From Eledone cirrhosa (lineage: Eukaryota), in contig OZ024744.1 in NCBI GenBank assembly GCA_964016885.1, positions 64,604,001 to 64,668,000 on the forward strand: DNA of 64,000 nt, given 5' to 3'. This document shows, one piece after another, positions 47,850 through 59,858 of this stretch (position 1 is its first letter; the number at the start of each line of letters is the position of its first letter). The notes under the pieces were generated by a model. The model saw only the letters and a list, made by a program, of their open reading frames with translations, was not told the origin of the DNA and searched no databases. The translations under genes and the position numbers were made by a program.

Positions 47850-48660
47850 CCTCCTCCTCCTTCAGCTCTTCTTATCACTTCTCCTCCGCCTTGATATATC
47901 ATATATATATATCGTAGTTTTATTTCTCCCTTCTTTTTCCTTACACTCTCAGATTTTTATCTCTCCCTATTTACCAGACAATTGCTTTCTCTCTCTTTAG
48001 TAGAGACACTCTCCCTTCGTTACTCTTTACTAGTCACTGCCTCCACCTCTCTTTCTGTTTTATATGGATTTACTTTTGTTTTCCCTGCCTATTTACCTCT
48101 CTTTTTTTAGACTCTCCCGTCTCTCTAAATGTTTTTCTTTCTTTTTCTCTATTTATCTAGAAGTTTATATCTCCCCAACTCTTCTCTTAATGACTTTCCT
48201 TTTCTTATCCCCCTCACTCACTTACCTACTGCATTTTCCCTATTTATTCACTCATGCCATGCCTCCTGTTCACTTCCGGACTCCGCCAGTGAAGTGAAGA
48301 ATAGTGTGTTTTTAATCTGAATAGAGGGAAGAGGTGTCTTTCTTTCCTTTCTCCTTAACTCTCGCCTTTCTTTCTTCTCTCTCCTCTCTATTCTGCTTCG
48401 TCCACACTCACACTAATTATTCTCTCTCTCGCTTTTCCTTACTTTTATCATTTATCTCCTCTCCCACTCTCTCTCTGCCATCGTTCATTTTCTCTCTTTC
48501 ACGTTTTGTCTATGTACTTTCTTACTTTTTTTAATCTCTCTCATTCACAGTCCCTCTTTCTGTCTTCTAATTTCTTTTTCTTTCTTTTCTGTTTGTCACC
48601 TGTCTCTCCATTTCTCGGTCATCTCTCTTTCTGTCTATCTCTTTTCTCCTATATATTCAC
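47850..48660. repeat. CT-rich polypyrimidine low-complexity region containing an ETS-like motif (48271-48280)
   Basis: Composition; cacttccggact is identical to the 12-mer at 32250-32261. Confidence 0.7.
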
Positions 48661-49822
48661 TTAGCTTATATATATATATATATATATATATATACAACAA
48701 GAAGTGTAAGTCAACACATGAGAGAGAGATTATATTATGTAAGTGTGCATATATATATGCACGCTTACATAAATATAATCTCTCTCATATATATATATAT
48801 ATATATATCCATTTCCTCAACTTATTTATTTTCTCTATGCTTAAAAAAATCTTTTTTAAAGTAAAACAAAATGCGGGGGAGGAAGACTGTAAAGCAAAAA
48901 TTTGCCTGTTTATTTATTTATTTGCTTGTTGTTGCGTGAGAATAGTTAGCACGTTGGGTATTTCATAATGAATACTATAGTTTTTCGCTCACACACACTT
49001 CAAAGAAGAAGTATTTGGGTAGTTAACTTCTTTCCTACTTGACATTCATCAAACTCCCAAATTAAAATACAGAGCAGGCCCCCATTTTCAGCTTTTATTT
49101 CCCTCTACCTTTTTTTCCTTTCGTTCATCTCTTCGTTATTAGACCTTTATTTACTTATAGTTTCTAATATGAAACTAAATTCTTTAAGCTTTGTAGAATG
49201 TAAATTAAGTATAACCAAAGATACTCTTAGCTTTCTGGCTTTACATAAATTCCTCCAATGAAAGGGATGTAAATAATTTCTCTCTCTCCCACTCCCTCGC
49301 TCTTTCTCTGTCCCTCTCTCCCACTCCCTCGTTCTGTTTCTGTCTCTCTTTTCCACTCCCTCGCCCTGTCTCTGTCTCTCTCTCCCCCATTCATAAAGGC
49401 AGTTACGTCAGACTTTCTATTGACAGAATTTATATAAATGGCCTTTTGAAAAATACAAAACTAAATAAATAAATATTCTATATATAAGTGTTGCTGTTTT
49501 AATGAATAGTCTTACCTTACTCTGCTTAGCAAGTTTTACAAAGCTGTGTATATGTGTGTGTGTGTGTAAAATGAAAAAAAACAACAGAAATTAGTATTAG
49601 GTTTGCATCGACATGAAACAAACTATCAAAACAACTACGCTTAATAAGATAAGTTTGCGTGCCATGGAGTGAGTTCTGATGTTTCGCAGGTAGGGCCCAT
49701 CTTTTGAAGAAATAAGAAGTCTGCTGGAAGGTTGTGAATGAAGTTGAGGATTAAAAATGTGTAGGTGTCGAGTTTGGATGATCATCAGTAATTCTTTTTT
49801 TTTTTTTTCTACATTTCTCTAG

Positions 49823-49843
49823 CGATGGAGTTTAAGTGAAAAG
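49823..49843 (+). other. Candidate 21-nt microexon
   Basis: Long poly-T tract ...acatttctctag|CGATGGAGTTTAAGTGAAAAG|gtacgt. Confidence 0.35.
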
Positions 49844-50687
49844 GTACGTTAATATGCGTGTGTGCTGTGCTAAAATATGTAAAAAGATAAGGGCGTGCCA
49901 ATATATATGTGTATATTAGTGGTAGTGTGTGTTGTGTTTATGGGATAAGAGATGTCAGCGCACATGTGAGTGTGTATGTATATATAAACACGCATATACA
50001 CATGTATATAATATATATATATATATAATGTTTAATATAGAAATGGCTTCTACAGGACTAGAACTGTTTCATTCGAAGGAAATCATCAGGAATGAGTACC
50101 TTACTTACTGTGGTTACCCCCGATTGAACCTGGGATACACACACATTTATATATCTATGTGTGTGTTAGTTTAGTGCGTAACAACAGTTACAGGCGGCGC
50201 ACCGGCCTAAGCACTCGATACTGTTGCAAGGTCCGTTTCGTTTGGGTTGTATTCCAGTGTTACGGCTGTAGTGTGCAGTGTGTAAATAGATTTTAACGAG
50301 CCGAAGTCAGTGTTGCAGCATATGTACAAAGTTTATTTGCATATTACAATTGTTTCGATATCGATCACCTCAGGTTACAATCAAGATAACGGAACCCGAC
50401 TCTTTTTCGACATCTGATCGGATATACGAGCTTATAGGTGCAAAGACACTTCTAAACTGATGTAAATGTTGAATCTCATGGCTGGTGCAGGAACGGAGTG
50501 GAATATTTATTTAAAACAACAGAAGGCCAAACTGGAAATATCCTTTTAAAGTTTTAATGTTGTAAAAAACACTATACATATTTCAGTGGCCAAATTACAT
50601 CATCCGACCATGGCGACATCGTCTGGTGTGGATTGCATAATTAGTTAATCAATAAAAAGATACGTTTAACAGGACTGCACTGTAACT

Positions 50688-50860
50688 AGTGTTGGAGAAA
50701 TTTGGCTGTCCTGAAAAGTTTGTGAATATAACCAATGCTCTCCATAAGGATATGAAGGCACGGGTTAACTTTGGTAGAACCCTATCGGAAACATTTGTAG
50801 TTGAAAATGGAGTTAAGCAAGATGATCACGTAGCACCGACACTCATCCCCTTATATTTTC
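50688..50860 (+). pseudogene. RTE-BovB-like RT fragment
   Basis: LEKFGCPEKFVNI..ALHKDMKARV...FVVENGVKQ. Confidence 0.85.
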
Positions 50861-51092
50861 GACCAGAAATCGAGAAAAAAAAGGAGAAAATTATATTTAT
50901 CCGTTAGTATAAGGACAAGGTGATACCTTAAATCTATCGAAGCGGCATTAGGTGTGTGTGTGTGTGTATATATATATGTACACTGTATATATATATATAC
51001 ACTGTATATTTATATACACACGCTAAATATTGATGCAACTCAATTCAAGCACTCTACGCAATTTTTCCACATAGGAATGATGGAGTATATAT

Positions 51093-51347
51093 AGAATAAG
51101 AAAATGCGAAGTAGTTTCAGATGTAGGGAACGGACGAAGGCTTCAAGAGCATCGTCTTTGTCAGTTCCCTTGTCGTTTTAATTTGGATTGCCTAGAGAAT
51201 GTAATCTTATTATGTAAGAAGCTGTCTGATGAGATCATGGCACTGATTAGGCAGAATTGCGTGGCCACTGTCGTCATTGAAATATGTATCACAGCCTTAT
51301 CAATAAAGGACTTTAACATATGAAACTACTTCGCATTTTCTTATTCT
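51093..51347 (+). mobile_element. 255-bp non-coding Penelope-type fold-back element carrying a hammerhead
   Basis: Perfect 27-bp terminal inverted repeat (51093-51119 / 51321-51347); AATAAA at 51302; internal hammerhead. Confidence 0.75.
51221..51295 (+). ncRNA. Type I hammerhead ribozyme (minimal, palindromic stem III)
   Basis: gctgt-CTGATGA-[46-nt imperfect hairpin]-GAAA-tatgta-TC-acagc; stem I gctgt/acagc. Confidence 0.8.
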
Positions 51348-51411
51348 CTCTCTCTCGCTCTGCCCCTCTCTCTCTCTCTCTATATATATATATGTGTGCG
51401 TGTGTGTATAA

Positions 51412-51545
51412 ATAGGGAGACACAAAGCAGGCTTTGTTTACAAACAGCTAGCGAATTTGAAAATTAGGTAGTAGCGTGTGCTTACGCTGTTAGTCACGAA
51501 CCCACATCTTTGGTTTGTCGGACCAATGTGTTACCAACACGCCAC
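51412..51545 (-). mobile_element. tRNA-derived SINE-like sequence
   Basis: Minus: gtggcgtgttggtaac...ttggtccgacaaaccaa-agatgtgggttcg; shares an 18-nt exact match with 56167-56183 region. Confidence 0.55.
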
Positions 51546-52600
51546 CCATGCTTCTTTCCATTCAATTAGGAGTTTGACATAGCTACGAAGGTATACGAAA
51601 GATTCGACAACCTCAAGAAATTTTCCTTTGATATATATTTTCGGCTGTTGGACATTTTGACCAAGTGCAGGTACACACAAGACCACAGTTTTCTTCAGGT
51701 TAATTATAAGGCCGAAGACATCATATGCTGAATCAAACCAAGAGATAAGTGATTGCAAGTTATGCTCTGCATGACTAACTCAGTCACACATATCAGCATA
51801 CAGCAAGTCTCTAACCAATGAAGTGAAAACTTTGGATTTGAATTTCAATCTTGTCAGATTAAAAACATTTCCTGTTGTGGGATACCTTATACAGACACTC
51901 TCCTCATTGTTCAGAAAGGCGTGGGACAACATTGCAGCAAAGTAAATTGCATATAAAGAGGGTGCATTAAGGTCCCCTGCTTTACCCCATTTTTTACAAC
52001 AAAAGGCTCTGAAAGGGGTCCCGAAAAATTAATCCTGGCTTTCATATCTTTGTGCATGGCTTTTAGAATGTTAACAAATTTTTTAGGACATCCAAATTTG
52101 AACAAAACCCGCCACAAAGCATTTCTGTTCAGAGTATCAAAAGCCTTGCTCTCGATCGACAAAGCAATGATAGGCGGTGAAGTTCTGTTCAATAAATTTT
52201 GCTTTCAATTGCTTAATTGTGAAAATCGTGTTATTAGTGCCACATTTTTCATAAAAACTACATTGAGACTCTGACGCAGCTCTCGGAACAATAAAGGCAT
52301 TTAGACGTTCCCAAATTATACGGGCCAGAACCTTGCCAACAACCGACAGCCACCTCTTCCTTCACCCAATAATGAGCTATCACTATTTGTAAAAAAACCA
52401 CCATTTTCTCACCACCATACTTCAAAACATTCTAGGAGTTTTATTATTGTTCAACATTTATACAGTAACTCAATGTCATTCCTAGATGGTTCTAAAGCCA
52501 TATCATCAACCACGGGGAGATTTTCAAGAGACTCAATGACAGAGAAGTCTACATTAAAAGGTCGATTGAGCAACTCAGAGAAGTATAGCGATTGTGAATG
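51546..52600 (-). pseudogene. Decayed RTE-BovB-like RT
   Basis: SKAFDTLNRNALWRVLFKFGCPKKFV, NGVKQG, RDLLYAD, FGLIINLKKTVV, LEVVESFVYL. Confidence 0.9.
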
Positions 52601-52614
52601 GACACAACATCGGT

Positions 52615-52822
52615 TAATAGAGTTTGTCCGTCAGCAGATTTGGCAGGTGCGAGAGGGTCGGGCACCATGCGTTGCAGCATAGAGTTACGCCCCTTTACGG
52701 TCTGAGTTCAAATCCCGCCAAAGTAAACTTTGCCTTTCATCATTACGGGATCGATAAAATAAAGTACCAGTAATGCACTGGCATAATTGCTGGCTTTGTG
52801 CCAAAATAAGAAACAATCAATT
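52615..52822 (+). mobile_element. tRNA-derived SINE
   Basis: gagttcaaatcccgcc...ctttgcctttcatc...tcgataaaataaagtaccag...agaaacaat. Confidence 0.88.
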
Positions 52823-53251
52823 ATAAGTGTTTCCATATAATGTAAAAAATTCTAGTGTCTTTTGTGGTTTTGAAAACAGAAAAGGAAAGGCATGGGCTCT
52901 AGGGTCACAGAAGAAGGGGTAAGGCATGAGCTCTAGGCCCAGGGCGCGGCGGTATTGGGGCTGCGCCCGCGGACAAGATCGCGAAAGCATTTCTGCGGTT
53001 GATTGTAGACCAGAAACGTCTTTTAAAAATGAGAAAAATGTTTTGAAATCTCTGCGATCTGCTGCTTCCTGTATCTGTTTGGCTTTTACATGCCACCATT
53101 GCTCCTTAGAGCTCCTCAGAAGGTTCCGAATTTTCGCGGGGCAGCCATCGCGTGGGCTCCCATTTGCTCAGAATAGTGAAAGATGGGGAGAGCTGGGAGG
53201 AACGAAGGCAGTGACAGTGGGAGTTTGGTTCTTTTGCGTTCGGACCTGGTG

Positions 53252-53470
<219 letters not shown>

Positions 53471-53663
53471 CTAAAAGCTGTTTCTAGTACTTTGTCAACT
53501 TGATCTCAATATTCTGATTTCTGGTAACTTTCTTATAGAGTGGATTAGAATGATTGATTGTGAGAGAAGCTTTTCACACAATGCTTGTTTCTCCTTGAGT
53601 AGGTGATGTATAGCAGGATTGTTATCTTTGATCCAGTCATTAGATCTTCTCGATTTATATATA

Positions 53664-53754
53664 AAGAATAAATAAACAACCAGGGTTTTAATTACATTAT
53701 TTAAACAAATAGATATAAATAATGTAATTAAACCCTGGTTACTTATTTATTCTT

Positions 53755-53755
<1 letters not shown>
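53664..53755. repeat. AT-rich fold-back (~40-bp arms) next to (TA)n
   Basis: aagaataaataaacaaccagggttttaattacattattta / taaataatgtaattaaaccctggttacttatttattctt. Confidence 0.8.
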
Positions 53756-53828
<73 letters not shown>

Positions 53829-54285
53829 AACATGGGGAGAAGAATACTGCATGGTTGCACATGGATTACATATTATAAAATTAGTCCCTCATCAGTGATT
53901 TGCCAACCATCATTGGTATTTCATCGCATTAAAAATCAGATACCTCAGGTTGGTGCGAGCAATAACTAAAATAAGCTATTGGGACAAGTGAAACGCGTAA
54001 AGCGAGTGAGACAAGTAAACAACAGAAGGAAAAGCAAACCGAAGGTTGGGAAAACAGCAAGCAATCATGATAGTTATCCGATCAGCATAAGCTGGGTGAA
54101 TTTCATGAGCGGTCAGAGAAGCAGACCGTACGCCGTGAATGGGGTGTGAGAAAGAAGGAACCCCACTACTAGCGAACGGGAAGAAGTGAGAAGGGGAGAA
54201 ACAGAGAGTGAGTGAGTGGAAGTGCGAGGAAGAGGTCAGTCGAGAGAAAGTGTTAACTGACAGAGGGGACGAATATATATATATA

Positions 54286-54355
54286 TATTAGAAATTATAA
54301 GCTTTCACTGTATTTTAGACTAAAGAAATTTCTAGCCTTATAGTGGGGTTTATAA
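54286..54355 (+). mobile_element. Fragment of the 55583-56284 element family
   Basis: Near-identical to 56051-56119 (attagaaattataagctttcac...tagtggggtttataa). Confidence 0.85.
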
Positions 54356-54424
54356 TATACTTGATCACACGAATGTCTATTTTTGTTAATATTTTGAATT
54401 AATATATATATATATATATATATA

Positions 54425-55434
54425 CTAGCATTAAAGCCCGGCGTTGCTCGGGGTCATTAAGTTACCAAAGTTAGGTTGCACCACCCATTTTATGGCAGCA
54501 CTTTTTTGTCTGTCAGGCACTGGGTGAATGAATTGCAGACCTGGAAGCAGGAGCTGCGCCAGCATTGACAATTGTAGTTTCGCCTATGGATATTATCTCT
54601 GTGCAAAAAAGTGTTGAAATTTATTGTTTCACAGTACTTGCGCAACACGCACGTAGACGATGCCAGCCGAACAACAGAACTGCGATGGAGTTGTTCTGCA
54701 TGGTTGTCTGTGTGTTTTCTAAATTTAAGACAGTAGGGAGGGTTGTGATATGAAGGAGAGTTGGCTATTGTTTCTAGCAGGTTTAGTGACCTCATAGAGG
54801 ATATGTGTTTTCTAAATTTAAGACAGTAGGGAGAGGTGTGGTATGGGGGAGAGTTAGCTGCTGTTTCTAGCAGGTTTAGTGACCTCATAGAGGATATTAT
54901 TGTTTATCATTATCTATAAAAGCAGATTGTTGGTGTTGTTGTTGTTGAAGTGAGTGTGTGTTTGTATGCGTTTTGAAAAGAGGTTTTAAAAAAGATTTAT
55001 CGCTTGTTGTTGAATAAATGTATCTGTTGCTTTTGAATAATTGTCGTTTCGTATGAAATGTAATAATTTGAAGTATAAAAGAGAAAGTAGCAAAATGTGT
55101 GGGTTGTAGATAGAGGTAAGCAGATGATATGACAGAGTAATACGGACAGTATCACCATCAAGCTTGGAAAGAGAAAGTAGCAGTAAGTATGAAGTTGTAT
55201 AGATTTTGAATGGTAGTGAAAAGAGTTTAGCAGTTTAAATGACAGAGAAAAATCGTAAAATATTGAGTTTTATCTATTTTTTGCGTAATTGTGAGTGAAA
55301 TTGAAAAAATGAGATGTGCCAAGACGCAATCGAAACTATTTCGAATACTGAATTGTAAATTTCAATTGAAGAAATTCTATATCGTAGATTTCTATAAGAA
55401 AGGAGCATGACCACACACTAAGCTTTATAGATTA

Positions 55435-55437
<3 letters not shown>
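54425..55437 (-). mobile_element. Non-autonomous Helitron
   Basis: Minus strand begins A|TC at 55437 and ends with hairpin cccgagcaacgccggg + 8 nt + CTAG|T at 54425; internal ~93-bp tandem dimer 54711-54896; sits inside (TA)n. Confidence 0.85.
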
Positions 55438-55528
<91 letters not shown>

Positions 55529-55843
55529 ATATATATTATATATATATGTATATATATATATGTATATATATATATATGTATATATAATAAAGTATATATC
55601 CCTACACGCAAAAAGCGTCTAGGGACACATGTCTTGTCCAACCATATGCCAATGTGGTTCAATCGTTTTGACTGCTGCTATTTATAGTGGTAGTAGACTG
55701 ACCTCCCTGCCCCTGCTTCTATCTTTACACACGGCACTGGACAGAATTGCTTCCACATCATTCATTCTCATCTCGAGAACAATTTTGAATAGCGCCAGTT
55801 CGTAATTTGAACTTGGGAATTTTATATTCTCCGAGTGAAAAGA

Positions 55844-55930
55844 ACCTTCTGACGAGAGTTTATCTTTTCAATGGAAGGCCGCAAGGACTGTCCATTTATT
55901 TTTGAGACTCGAAACCGATTCGGTAAAGGT
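55844..55930 (+). ncRNA. Type I hammerhead ribozyme with intact core
   Basis: acctt-CTGACGA-gagttt...agactc-GAAA-ccg-att-cgg-TA-aaggt; all three stems pair; stem II extended by aatgga/tccatt and capped by a GCAA loop. Confidence 0.9.
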
Positions 55931-56149
55931 AACCATAGTGAGTACAGTGAATTTTTAAAAATTTATTTTAAATATATATATATACAAGCAAATTATAAAC
56001 GTAAACATGTAAGTATGTTTTTGAAACGGTGCGCGAGTTTGAAATTAGAAATTAGAAATTATAAGCTTTCACCGTATTTTAGACTAAAGAAATTTCTAGC
56101 CTGATAGTGGGGTTTATAACCCTCGGAGAAATGGAAAAAGATGAGTGTT

Positions 56150-56219
56150 GCCGTACATGGGAGTCGAACCCACATCTTTGGTTATCCAGCAGCAGTCAGA
56201 ACGATTGAACCACATTGGC
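56150..56219 (-). pseudogene. tRNA-derived segment (Pol III A/B boxes), not a functional tRNA
   Basis: GCCAATGTGGTTCAATCG...GTGGGTTCGACTCCCAT-GTACGGC: good T-arm, degenerate acceptor and anticodon stems. Confidence 0.65.
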
Positions 56220-56277
56220 ATATGGTTGGACAATACATGTGTCCTTAGACGCTTTTTGCGTGTAGGGATATATACTT

Positions 56278-56325
<48 letters not shown>

Positions 56326-56333
56326 GTATATAT

Positions 56334-56452
<119 letters not shown>

Positions 56453-56493
56453 TTCAAAATATTAACAAAAATAAACATTCGTGTGATCAAGTA

Positions 56494-56560
56494 TATTTTA
56501 TTATACATATTTCAGAGGTACTGAGCTAACTTCAACAGTACGTCCTCATCAGATAAAATA
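56494..56560 (-). ncRNA. Type I hammerhead ribozyme (minimal, palindromic stem III) with intact core
   Basis: Minus: tattttat-CTGATGA-ggacgtactg..cagtacctct-GAAA-tatgta-TA-ataaaata; 8-bp stem I. Confidence 0.9.
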
Positions 56561-57319
56561 AGATGATGCATGACATACCCTGACATAGTAGATTGTTAAG
56601 ATTCAGTCATGGTAGTGAATAAGATATGACAAAACTCAATATTTATATACCTTAAGATTGAGACATGAAAAAATGTACATATAATACAGAGGGTGCGTGT
56701 GAGAAAGCTTAAAAATACGTAATACCAATTTACATAACTGTTAGAGATTCTAATAATTTAAATTATTGAAGAAAGAAGAAAGAAGAAAGACAGAGAGAAA
56801 CAGATGAGGAGAAAATATAGTTACTAGAAGTATAGAAAGTAAAAGAGAATTGATCAAGGATAGAGAGACAAGGAGTAATAATTTTTATAGTATAAAGCAC
56901 AGGGAGGGAGGTTTGTATTGTCGTGGATGAATAGGGTGTGATTAGATAATGCAAAAATTATATATATCTATACAAACACAAGATTATACATTTAGGCATA
57001 GCTCTGTGAAAGATTAAACTCGAATCTTTGAATTATTGAATTATCTAGAAGTATCCATCAATCTAAATATTAAATATATCTGGGTGTAATTATATGAAGG
57101 TTTAATTTCGAGTCCTTAGTTAATTAGAAATATACTAACAATTAATTATATACACTATATATATCAAAACGTATCCGGCTGACCGTTAAATTTAAAATAA
57201 TTTATGTTAGTTTGGAATAATGAATTAATCAAAATGTATAATATTTCAGGCTATAAAAGTTTATCAATATCTATATTAATATTAAAGTATACTATCACAT
57301 TTAATTTATAAAATCATAT

Positions 57320-58640
57320 TTAAAGTATTTGCAAACATGAGAAGGAATACTTAATATTTTCATCCTCACGAAGGTAATCCATATTAAATTATATTATCTT
57401 ATATTATATTTAAAAAAAAATTTTTTTATATTGAAATAATTCACATTATATAATTTAGAAAATAATTACAGTTATAACCTTAAAAATTTAAAATTAACAA
57501 TTAGAATGCCTTAAAGTATCTAAAGGCCTTAAAATTAAACTTAAAAAAGGTTATTATTAAATTAGATATATGCATTTGTCTAAATATATATACAAAGAGC
57601 ATATTGTCTAAAGTTCAAGACGATATTAGTCAGTAATATAATATAATATAATATAATAAATAAGTTAATGTTAATATTGTTAAAAATTAATGTTATTATA
57701 TTAGGATCATGTAATACATATATACTATAAATATACAAATCAAACTTCGTGAATCATAAGGATAAGAACCAGATTCAAAGTTAAAAAGTAAATTGTTTGC
57801 GATCATAAAAGTGCCAAATATCTAAGCTATATCATTTAAAATACAAGAAATTTTTTTTAAGGATCTATTTTGTAGTATAATATCAGATTTAAAGTGTCTG
57901 CAAACATGAGAAAGAGAAAACTTAAGATTTTCGTTGACCTGAAGGTAATCCGAATTTAATTAAATTAAAAAATAATAATCTATATATAATTTAGAAAATA
58001 TTTAACAATTAAAACACTAGAATGTCCTTAAGTATCTAAAGTACTTATAAGTGTAGCTAGAAGCATGTTAGATATACTAGATATACACATTTGTCCAAAT
58101 ATACATAGAGTATTCTGTTCGGAACTCAAGACGATATTAGTGATCCATATACATATAATAAATAATTGTTTCTACTTTAGGCACAAGGCCAGCAATTACC
58201 CAGTACATTACTTGTACTTTATTTTATCGACCCCGTAAGGATGAAAGGCAAAGTTGACCTCGGCGGGATTTGAACTCAGAATTGCAAGGGCCGTAACTCT
58301 ATGCATCAAAGCATGGCGTCCGACCCTCTACCGATACTGCCAATTCACCGCCCTACATATAATAAATAATGAATAATAAATACAATCATTGTTAGTAAAG
58401 TTATAATTGAAGTTTTACATCAAGTTAAGTGGAAAAAGTTTGTCGATTAGGATCGTGTGCGACGCATATACCATAAATATATATAAATAAATATAAATAT
58501 ATAAATCAAACATCCTGAATCGTAAAACTAACATACTCCAAAAGAATAAATACACAAATACATAAATGCATGAATGATTTACGGTTCATTAGAACTGTTA
58601 ACCATATAAGCTATATATATATTTTAAAAAATATACAAGA
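57320..58640. repeat. Diverged tandem repeat, period ~570 bp, downstream of the Penelope-like RT
   Basis: Co-linear anchors tgcaaacatgaga (57330, 57899), tcaagacgatattagt (57615, 58126), ttaggatc (57701, 58447). Confidence 0.75.
58167..58353 (-). mobile_element. Full-length tRNA-derived SINE with 17-bp TSD
   Basis: TSD tacatataataaataat at 58150-58166 and 58354-58370. Confidence 0.95.
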
Positions 58641-58752
58641 ATCTCAATCAAATTAAATGTATCTACACAATCAAATTATATGCATATTCATCAAGAGATC
58701 ATGTTAACAATCTATATGCTTATATACCTATATAGAACCCATTAATCTAACA

Positions 58753-59805
58753 TTAATTCAAATTATTATTATCTATATATTCAATATTATTTTTATAACC
58801 TGCCTTTCGTAGCGCGTCATTATAGTATCCTGCTTTTTCATCAAATATGGATTTATTAGCGGATATTCTAGTTATGCGTTTCTGTACACTATTGACTATT
58901 GCGTTTTTCACGGATTTAGGGTGATTAGAGTAATAGCTAACGTAATTTAAGTTTTCATTGGGATTATGGAAAGGGTAATAAAAACCTGAGTTTAAGTTAA
59001 GGGTTACGTCAAGGAAATTAACTATTTTGGTACTACTTTCAACTTCTAATTTAAGGTCGTAATTTTTAAAGAATTCAATTATAGTTTTCTTAACCCTATT
59101 TAGTTCTGTATTGCTATGTTTGACAACCGTAAATAAAATATCCTCCCTATATAAACCACCGTTAATCTCCGGCAGTTTCCTATTTACCATATTTAAGATA
59201 AAAATCCCCAGAAGATCGGTGACCTGCGCTGAGTCCGATGATCCCATGGTAATGTCAAAGTTTCTATTCCTATCTGAACGGGTCCAATATTCATTGTTGA
59301 AATTAATTAGAGTTCTTCTAGCAGTTAATATGATATTGATTTCATCCGTAGCTAGATCTGTATGTTTTTAAGCATAAGACAAAGCCTTATTTAATAGGTT
59401 AGGTGTAATAGAAGAATAATAGCTTGCTATGTCCATTTGGATGAATTTGTGATTTTTCTTATTATCAATATTTTTAAACCAGCTTAATTTAGACTTCAAT
59501 TTCAGAGTAGGTAGAATTCTATCAATAATATTCTTACTGATTACTCCAATATCCGATTTAGATGGAGCAATCAGTCTAACTGGCAGGTCTTCCTCAAAGT
59601 TTCTCTTGTGATCCTTAAAATTTATCCTCGGCTGTCTAGGTATAAAAGGCTCGGTTCTTCCTTCAATTCCAAGTTTGGCTATTAATTTAAATGCATCATT
59701 ATTGATGTCTATAAGATCTTCGGCCGGGGCTTTTGTATAATTTTTCCGCAGTTCTTTTAAAATTAAATCATTATATTCAGCTTTATCTATCCCATATAAA
59801 TTGTT

Positions 59806-59808
<3 letters not shown>
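58753..59808 (-). pseudogene. Penelope-like (probably Nematis-type) reverse transcriptase, 5'-truncated, one internal stop
   Basis: FKDHKRNF...VRLIAPSKSDIGVISK, FIQMDIASYYSSI, FDITMGSSDSAQVTDLLG, GGLYRED, VNFLDVTLNL, SNHP, ALRKAGY; TAA at 59368-59370. Confidence 0.92.

Positions 59809-59844
<36 letters not shown>

Positions 59845-59858
<14 letters not shown>

Larger units (their letters stand above)
55583..56284 (+). mobile_element. ~700-bp non-coding fold-back element with hammerhead (plus) and tRNA-derived segment (minus)
   Basis: ~97-bp terminal inverted repeat 55583-55679 / 56188-56284; TA arrays on both sides. Confidence 0.85.

Noticed and set aside
49597-49666. Signal-peptide-like ORF MARKLILLSVVVLIVCFMSMQT
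   Set aside because: Only 22 codons, ends in a stop with no clear donor; hydrophobicity is explained by T-rich composition.
52926-53250. CpG-rich ORF-like segment
   Set aside because: No recognisable domain, runs into a microsatellite, no splice support; probably an unclassified repeat.
56150-56219. Functional tRNA gene
   Set aside because: Acceptor and anticodon stems do not pair properly and no oligo-T terminator follows directly; treated as tRNA-derived.
58753-59808. Naiad-type selenoprotein Penelope element
   Set aside because: The internal stop is TAA rather than TGA and no N-terminal GIY-YIG is joined to this RT.
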